Origin: the human T2T-CHM13v2.0 reference genome, Homo sapiens
Assembly: GCF_009914755.1 (NCBI RefSeq)
Contig: NC_060929.1
Length of the DNA stretch: 64,000 bases
Direction: 5' to 3' (one strand)
The translations under genes were made by a program, and so were the position numbers. Below, piece by piece: positions 55,596 to 64,000 of this stretch (its first letter is position 1; each line of letters starts with the position of its first letter). The notes under the pieces were generated by a model. That model was not told the DNA's origin and made no database searches. It saw nothing but the letters and a program-made list of their open reading frames with translations.

Positions 55596-56633
55596 GCCAT
55601 CCTTTTCATCCCATCCTTTTACTTTCAAAAGAATCGGAAGCCTCAGGGGATTAAGGACACATATTTGCCATTGAGTACAGGCTCTCTAAATGACAAAGAA
55701 ATAGTTACCTCTCCCCTACGCTACCCCTGCCAATGTAGGTGGGGTGAAAATAAACCATCAGGAATAAGATACGATATTGTAATTGCATATTTCTGTTTAT
55801 CTTACTTATTAGCTTATGAGATCCCCAAAAGCAAGGACACAGATTTTCTGTCTGTTTCCGTAGTTGGTTCTTAGCACACCTTTCTGTCTATTTGTGGAGC
55901 CAAATTGAACGAAGCAGTCTGAAACACGTACAGTGGTGCCCGTGGGTCTGTGTGTGCAGTATAATGGCAACTATTCTTGGGGAGACTTAAGTACAAAGAA
56001 GCATACGACCTGCCAGATATGCAGGAAAGTCAACCAAAGCCTTTGTGGGGTGTGTTTCTGATAATGCTGATGGATAGACTTTCTGAAAGGACCATTCTGA
56101 TTTTCTTATCCGAATGAGATTGAACACACCGCGCACAAGAGAAAGTGATTTGGAGCCAATTCTGAGAGAGAGGAAGTTGAAGCAAGAAATAAGTGTTTGA
56201 AATAATAATCTGCTGCTGATCCCTAAATAATCTGAAATGAGAGCACAGGAATTAATGAGGCTCCTAACCCCTTGTGACACAGGAATAGCAGACTTGTGCC
56301 AGTGACACAGCAATTTCCCTGGTGGTCTGCTCATGAGCCGCGAGGGAGCAAACAAAACCATTGTCTCCTTTGAAAGCAAAGCTATTTTAATAAGGGAAAT
56401 GTGGCTTCTCAGATGAAAGCTCACAAAGTGCCAGATAGTGCAAATGTTTTTCATAAAGCACCTGGAAAACCTCACCAAAGAGAAACATCTCAATAGAGAA
56501 CAATTGTCAGATTGGATTTAATTGCCCGTCATTCTAGAGATGGAGCAGTTTTGCTGAGAAAAGTTGGCATTTTAAAAAAGAAGCAATCTAAAAGAAATGA
56601 CCCTTAATTTTTTTTTTTTTTTTTTTAAAGCTA

Positions 56634-57161
<528 letters not shown>

Positions 57162-57506
57162 CTAAATAGTAGAAGATAGCAGAGTCACTGGATTCTGGGA
57201 GATATTTTGAAAAAAATGAGGAAAGGCAAGGAAAGTTGCTTGCAATGACTAAACAGTTATTGAGCCCTGGGTATGCCTTGCCAGAACCCCTGAGAGGAGG
57301 CCAGGCACTGTTGCTTCACCTCTGATAATGGCCAAATGGCCAGAGTATTTGATGTTTATGCAGGGGAGTACACTGTTTGTGCATTCCAGGATGATATCAA
57401 TAATAGAACACAGTACCCATTTCTCATAAGAATCCTTTGAGGAGGTTGGTGTTTTGATTCAGAGTGATTTTGGCCTTCCATACACATGAGAATTTTATGG
57501 AGGAAG

Positions 57507-57772
57507 CATGGCTGCATTATACCTTTCATGGGCCTTAGGCATGTTTGTCTTCATCAACCCCTTTCTCCATAAAAAGACATTTAAAATTATATTTCTCCAC
57601 TGCCTTAATATGAAAGCAAATGTATTGCTTTTGTATATTAAAACATTCTCTCTGACCTAAAAGTTTATTTCTTTTGATTTTCATAGAACTTAAAGCTTTT
57701 CCGTGGGTGCCTGAAAGTATTGTGGGCCTTATAATACTGAGCCTATTGTGTCCAATGGATAAGTTGGCTCTG
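57507..57772. mobile_element. hAT (Tip100-like) MITE with 8 bp TSD
   Basis: Termini CATGGC.../...GCTCTG (degenerate CAGGGC TIR); flanked by GGAGGAAG (57499-57506) and GGAGGAAA (57773-57780). Confidence 0.7.
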
Positions 57773-57837
57773 GGAGGAAAGCTTTGTTCAAGTCGACATT
57801 TTTTTTAAATCTAAATGTATGAATTCCAATATTTTGA

Positions 57838-58289
<452 letters not shown>

Positions 58290-59531
58290 GAGCCATCCTT
58301 CTTAAGGACAGTGTTTCCACATTGCATTTCAGATTGTCTTATTTTTTAAAAACTCAATATAGTCACCACAATTTAATTATTTTATGTGAATCAAGGCAAG
58401 GCTAGTGAATGATGACTTGAGTGCTATGTGTGTACGATAATAAATTTGTTCTCATATGTTTTTGAAGTTTATTAAATTTCAAGTAGTCCTTTGATTCTGT
58501 TCTTCAGTTGTACTAAAACGCCTGGTCTATGCATTCTCTCACTCTTCCAGATGTTGCTTCTAAGCCTCCAGCACCTCCTCCTCATCTTCAATCAGAAACA
58601 AATTTCGAAACCACATCTACCATCCACACACTCCCAGCTTCTGTGCCCACATACTCCACCTTATTGCCTATCACTCTAAGTGAAAAACTTCTACTGTTAT
58701 CCCAGGTAAAGCGTTCACCTGTGTGCAACATCACGGTCCCACTGGTCTATTAGAGGTTGCTCCAGGAATTCTACCTGCCTGTCTCCTAAATGAACCATTC
58801 TTTGATTCCTTCTAGCACAAAAACCTGCTGTTCTTTTCCCTGACTTACATTCACCCACTTCTTCTACCAGTTACTGCCACATTCCTTTACTACAATTTGC
58901 AGCCAATCTCAGAAGAGCTGTCTATCACATTGCTTCTGATTACTCTCCCCCATTTTCTCATAAACACAATCCAATCAGACTTTCACATATACCCCTCCAC
59001 ATAATTGCTCTTGCCAAGGTCACCAATGATTACTATGTTGCTACATCATAATTGTCCATTCTCAGTTCTCTTAATGACCCATCAGCAACATTTGCAACAG
59101 TTAATCACTCCCTCCTCTTTGACATACTTTCTTCATTTAGATTCCATTCTACCATACACTCGTGGCTTTCCTCCCACTGCACAGGTCACTCCTTTCTTCT
59201 TTTTTTTTTTTCTGTTTATAGTTATTTGACCCTTGTGGTCTTATGGTCCCTCTTTCCATACTCCTTTACTGCTTTCTCTTCTTCACTCCAAGCTCTTAAT
59301 AGGAAAGTGACCCGGGGCTCAATTCTTGATATTCTTTTCTATCTACATTTATTCCAAACTGGGGATTTTCTCCAGTTCCACAATGTTAAATAGTATGTAC
59401 ATGGCAATGACTCCCAAATCTGTATCTCGTATATCAGACCTGTCTCATATATTCAGCTAACTGATCAGCATTTTCACTTATATGTCAAACACCCAAAGTA
59501 AACTCAACATCTCGAAGACTGAAATTCTGAT

Positions 59532-59534
<3 letters not shown>

Positions 59535-59576
<42 letters not shown>
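59535..59576. repeat. (CA)n microsatellite
   Basis: About 20 uninterrupted CA units. Confidence 0.97.
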
Positions 59577-59578
<2 letters not shown>

Positions 59579-60283
59579 GCTGTTTTTACAGCCTACCCCA
59601 TCTCAATAGATAGTAACTCTCTCTTAGTTTTCAATCCAAAAATGATGTCACTTCTAACCCCTCTGTTTCTACCACACCCTGCGTGTAATCCATCAGCAAA
59701 TTTCAAGACTGCCCACCCCGACACTCTTTCCATCCGGACGGGCTGTAATCGTCTTTCCCATGCAATCTTAAAGTGTATTTTAAGTGGTCTCCTTGATTCG
59801 GTTCTGCCACATTCCTTTACTACTCTTTGCAGCAAATCTCAGAAGAGCAATCCTTTTAAAATGTAAATTAGATGATGTCATCTTTCCCTCCCAAAACAAT
59901 GCAATGGCTATTTCACTGAAACCAAGGTCCTTAAAATCACCTCCAAAGCCACACAGGACCCAACTCTCTCCTTAACTCTCTGATGTCTTCTCTTAAGGTT
60001 GTAACTTTGCTGCCTTCATTCCAGCCACAAAGTCCCCCTTGCTCTTCCTAGAATGTGCCAGGAATGCTCCTTCCTGAGATCTTTGCACCATTGGCTTCCT
60101 CATGCAGCAGGTATTGGAAAGATTAAATTTCCCAATTTACTTAAGTAGTTTTTTTAAAGTCACTTTCTCACTGAGCTTTCCTGGATCAGATTATTCAAAG
60201 TATTCATGAATGGCCTTGCACTCTTCTACTTTCTATTTTTTTTTTCTTTTCATAGTACCTACCACCTTTTAAGATATTACATA

Positions 60284-60910
60284 CTTAAGTTTAATTAGAT
60301 TCCATTTGTTAATTTTTGCTTTTGTTGCGATTGCTAGGGGCATCGCTGTCACGAAACCTTTGCCAGTTCTTACGTCCAGAATGATATTGCCTAGGTTGCC
60401 TTCCAGGGATTTTATAGTTTTGGGTTTTACATTCAAGTCTTTAGTCCATATTGAGTTGATTTTTGTATGTGGTGTAAGGAAGAGGTCTAGTTTCAATCTT
60501 CTGATATGACTAGCCAGTTATCCCAGCACCATTTACACCATGGAATACTATGCAGCCATAAAAAGGAATGAGATCATATGAGCCCTTTGCAGGATCATGG
60601 ATAGAGCTAGAGACCATCATCCTTAGCAAACTAAGACAGGAACAAAAAGCCAAATACCGCATTTTCTCACATATAAATGGGAGCCAAACAATGAGAACAC
60701 ATGAACACAAAAAAGGGAACGACAGACACTGGGGTCTACCTCAGGGTGGAGAGTGGGAGGAGCGAGGAGCAGACAAAAGAACTACTGGGCACTAGGCTTA
60801 GTATCTGGGTGATGAAGAAATCTGTACAACAAACCCCGGTGATACAAGTTTACTCAAACAAGAAACCTGCACATGTACTGCTGAACCTAAAATAAAAGTT
60901 TTTAAAAAAT
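60284..60910 (+). mobile_element. 5'-inverted (twin-primed) L1, L1PA13-16-like
   Basis: 60284-60534 is antisense ORF2 (ORF 60269..60496(-) [28 protein letters not shown]...WNLIKLK). 60535-60910 is sense ORF2 end plus 3' UTR (CACCATGGAATACTATGCAGCCATAAAAAGG...CTAAAATAAAAGTT). Confidence 0.88.
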
Positions 60911-61424
60911 TAAACCCATTATATCCAAGTACTTACTGTAGATAAGGCACTGTATCGCCCTAAAAAAGGTGTCAGATACTTAGACATTATGTTAACTGTT
61001 TAATGTCTGTTTATCTCAGCCAAAATAGAAGCTCTGTAAGGGCTTGATCTACTTTGTTTGCTGATACATTTCAAGCCCTTAGAACCAGGCTTAGCATTTA
61101 GTAAGCACCAATAATATTGGTCAAATGAGTTAATGGATGTACTAGTGAATAAGGCTCTTTGCCTTTGTTCTTCCGGCCCAGGGTCGCATTCTTTTAGGTT
61201 CTATGTCTCTTCTCATGTATTCCCAGCTCCCATATGGTAGGCTGTCTTTCTGCTCATGGTATCCTCCATTTATGGTGTGAGATAATGACATAACAATGTA
61301 TGTTAAGAATGAATATTCATTACAGGAAAAAGAACCTGAAAATTTCTCCTACTGGTTCTGCTGCTGTTTCTACTACAATTATTACTCTGCACAATTTTCT
61401 AAAATATTTTATTCAGGACCCCCT

Positions 61425-61640
61425 ATTCTGGTTACACTGCTAAGTGTTTTCTAGTCACAGATAACTTTTATCTCTATAGGCTTATGAGGATAGGTATTAT
61501 TAAGCATGTTTCATGAATGAGAAGACTGGAGATTGGGAGTGGAAGTTTAATTAGAGTGCGTACTATCAAACCATAAGTAGTGGAATAGGAATTCAAACTC
61601 TGGGCTACTCGCTTCTACAATATTCCTAACCACAGATGTA
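61425..61640 (-). mobile_element. MIR
   Basis: CACTGCTAAGTGTTTT...GGTATTATT...ATGAGAAGACTGGAG...GGAATTCAAACTC. Confidence 0.55.
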
Positions 61641-63594
61641 CACAGTCTCTCACCTAGGGAACAAAGTGCGTGGGTTTCCTGACAGTATATCAGTCATATT
61701 GTGATTTGGTTATGTGTACTTTTGCTCCATAACTTTAGCCCAAATTGAATGGAACTTGAAAAGACATACGAATGGGGGTATTTCTATGTAGTGTAATTGA
61801 ACATATGAGCAGGGACATGCTGAGTGATGTGACATAATAGAAAACATTATGATATCACAAATAATTTAAAGTATGGAACTAGGATAGACTTATCCAAGGT
61901 TTTTATTTTCAAAATTTTTAAATTGATTTTTTTAAGGAAAGTCATGGAAAAGTACAGAGAAGAAAGCGAGCAATGAGTATCACTTGTAATTAACGAGTGT
62001 TAATATTTTGTCAAATTTACCTCAAATCCTCTTTTTTTCCTAATTGCATTCTTCTCCCTCCATCTCCAGAAATAATTGCGATTAAGAATTTGATTTATAT
62101 TTTTCCAGTCCAAACTTATCTCTTTGCTATGTATGTGTCTATAAACAACATATAGCACTCATTGTATCTTTCTTATTGTGTTTTTGTAACTGGACATTTG
62201 TAATTTGACATCTATCCCTCTTAAGACCAAGGCTATTATTTCTAATAATTCTCTACTCCTAAAATTGCCACTGTGTGGCAAATGATGGCCAGAGTTAAAG
62301 GCCTTAAGTTCTTTTTGTCACTTTTTCAGGAGACTTTTTTCATCTAAACATCTTTTGTAATAAGCAGTATATGAACAGTATTATTTAGCACATTTAACTC
62401 TGTCAACAGTTTTCAGTGGATAGTGTGAAGACCTTTTTTAAAAAGTCATAACTCGATGCCTCTGGATATGCTGAAATCCTCATGAAGCTGTTGTCTCTAT
62501 TATATGTGAATACATCCATTAAGTGTTGATAGTAATGGTTGTAAGGTCCTTTGGTTTATAGCTCTAACCACATAGGGAATGATATATTTTAGTGGAGAAT
62601 TAGTCTCTGGCATTGCTGAAACTGATTACTTATAGCACCACTCACCCCATGTATATAACAAGTGCTGATGGTGTAGTATTTCAGCTGTGATGACATAAGA
62701 ATTTTTTTTAACCTTATTGAGCCAGCTTCTGCCTTCTATTCTTGAACTCCTTTTTGACTTTGGCTGTATGTGACTCAACAACTCTCTGTAAGTCAACAGC
62801 TGCCAGATGCTAAGTGTAATTAAGGCTTTACATGTATTTGTAACCTACGACATGTGTTTGGAACACAGGAAGCAAGGTAGGAAAGGAAGAAAAGGAAAAC
62901 TCTTGACTCAGTTTCAATTATCCTCTCCCTGCTTAATGGATGCTAACACGCACTAGGAAGCTATGGTCTTGCCATTTTTTATAAGCTCAATGGCTGGAGG
63001 CTTAGTATGGTTTTAGACAAGTATCTACATCCTAACTGTAATTGGTGATGAGGCAGTTGATTTAAAAGAATTCTTTTACAAACAAGAGTATATCATTAAC
63101 ATTTCCCCTCAAATATTTGTGGTCTAATATACGGTGTGATTACTTACTGAGGCAAAGTATCTGCTATACATATATTCACCTGCTGATAGACTGTGATCCA
63201 TCCATCTCACTAGATGTCAGAATGTAGATGAGTTAATTAACTCTTGAGATCTAGAATAATTCTTCTGTGATAGGAAAGTCAAAGTGTTTTCAAAACATCA
63301 AGCACATGATGGAAATAGGCACCTTGGTGAGTGCTGTAAATGCAAGTGTCATGTGCCTTTTGGTTAATTTCAGTAATGTTAGCAGCGTCTCTACTGATAT
63401 ATCATACTTTTTGTATTTTTATGGAAAAGTAAGATATTGCATTACTTAATGGAATAAACATTAAATATATCTAAATATATGCAGCTTAACTAAAAACTGC
63501 ATTTTATTTACATTGTGGCAGAATAAGCTGAAAATAGAACCCCATTTCATTGCTTATCGTTTTGTAGTTTTATATTTACTATTAAGAGTACAAT

Positions 63595-63835
63595 AATAAT
63601 AATAGTAACATGAATAATAATAGCTAATATCGATCGACTTATTGGTGTGTGTGTGTTTGTTACACACACCTACACACGTATTTATTGCATGTGACCACAA
63701 GATGCAAGTACTATTATTCTTCCATTTTACAGGTGAGAAAATGGAAACAGAAGTATTAAATAGCTTGATCAGAACAACAACAACAAAACAGTCCTCACAG
63801 CAAGTAAGAGAACTCTCTATCCAGGCAGATTTAAA
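63595..63835 (-). mobile_element. MIR
   Basis: CTATTATTCTTCCATTTTACAGGTGAGAAAATGGAAACAGAAG. Confidence 0.6.
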
Positions 63836-64000
63836 ACAAAATAGAAGAAGAAATAAAAATAAGCAAAAGTCAGAAATCTGAGCATTGAATTGTTAGCCCA
63901 CAGTAGGTTTTCATTGTGAGCAAAGACTGCTACCAGAACTGCAATTGGGAAATGACCTGAGGCTTAGAGCAACAAGGACATGAAACTGAGATTTCTGTAG

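Larger units (their letters stand above)
58520..61140 (+). mobile_element. Long L2 remnant interrupted by (CA)n and L1
   Basis: GCTCTTGCCAAGGTCACCAATGA, CAGCAACATTTGCAACAGTTAATCACTCCCTCC, GACTCCCAAATCT, AACTCAACAT, and the 3' end AGAAGCTCTGTAAGGGC...AATAATATTGGTCAAATGAG. Confidence 0.8.

Noticed and set aside
60269-60895. ORFs resembling a reverse-transcriptase protein C-terminus
   Set aside because: Short fragments of L1 ORF2 within a truncated, inverted insertion.
63711-63740. TTTTACAG|GTGAG recursive-splice-like motif
   Set aside because: Explained by a single change in the antisense MIR core TTTTACAGATGAG.

Overview
Non-coding, repeat-rich primate genomic DNA, almost certainly human: it carries two AluYb9 and one AluYa5, which are human-specific subfamilies. 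I could not support any protein-coding exon, RNA gene or CRISPR array. Bases 1-4356 are the 5' part of a degenerate HERV-H provirus on the minus strand (LTR7-type 5' LTR, tRNA-His primer binding site, major splice donor, leader repeats, dead gag/pro/pol). The rest is an AT-rich mosaic of 13 Alus, L1/L2/MIR fragments, MaLR and ERVL LTRs (including an LTR-internal-LTR MLT1A element with a nested MST LTR), DNA-transposon MITEs, microsatellites and an ~830 bp AT-rich VNTR. Repeat-poor stretches between them look like enhancers or non-coding exons. The most unusual observation is an inverted pair of near-identical AluYb9 elements 5.4 kb apart, with a candidate exon carrying a duplicated 3' splice site between them. 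Other points of interest are a twin-primed L1 with a possible 3' transduction, a microsatellite caught expanding inside a tandem duplication, and a deletion scar through an Alu/MER30. Repeat family names come from my recall of consensus sequences, not from a database search, and old-repeat boundaries are approximate. I found no convincing novel biological system, only testable hypotheses.
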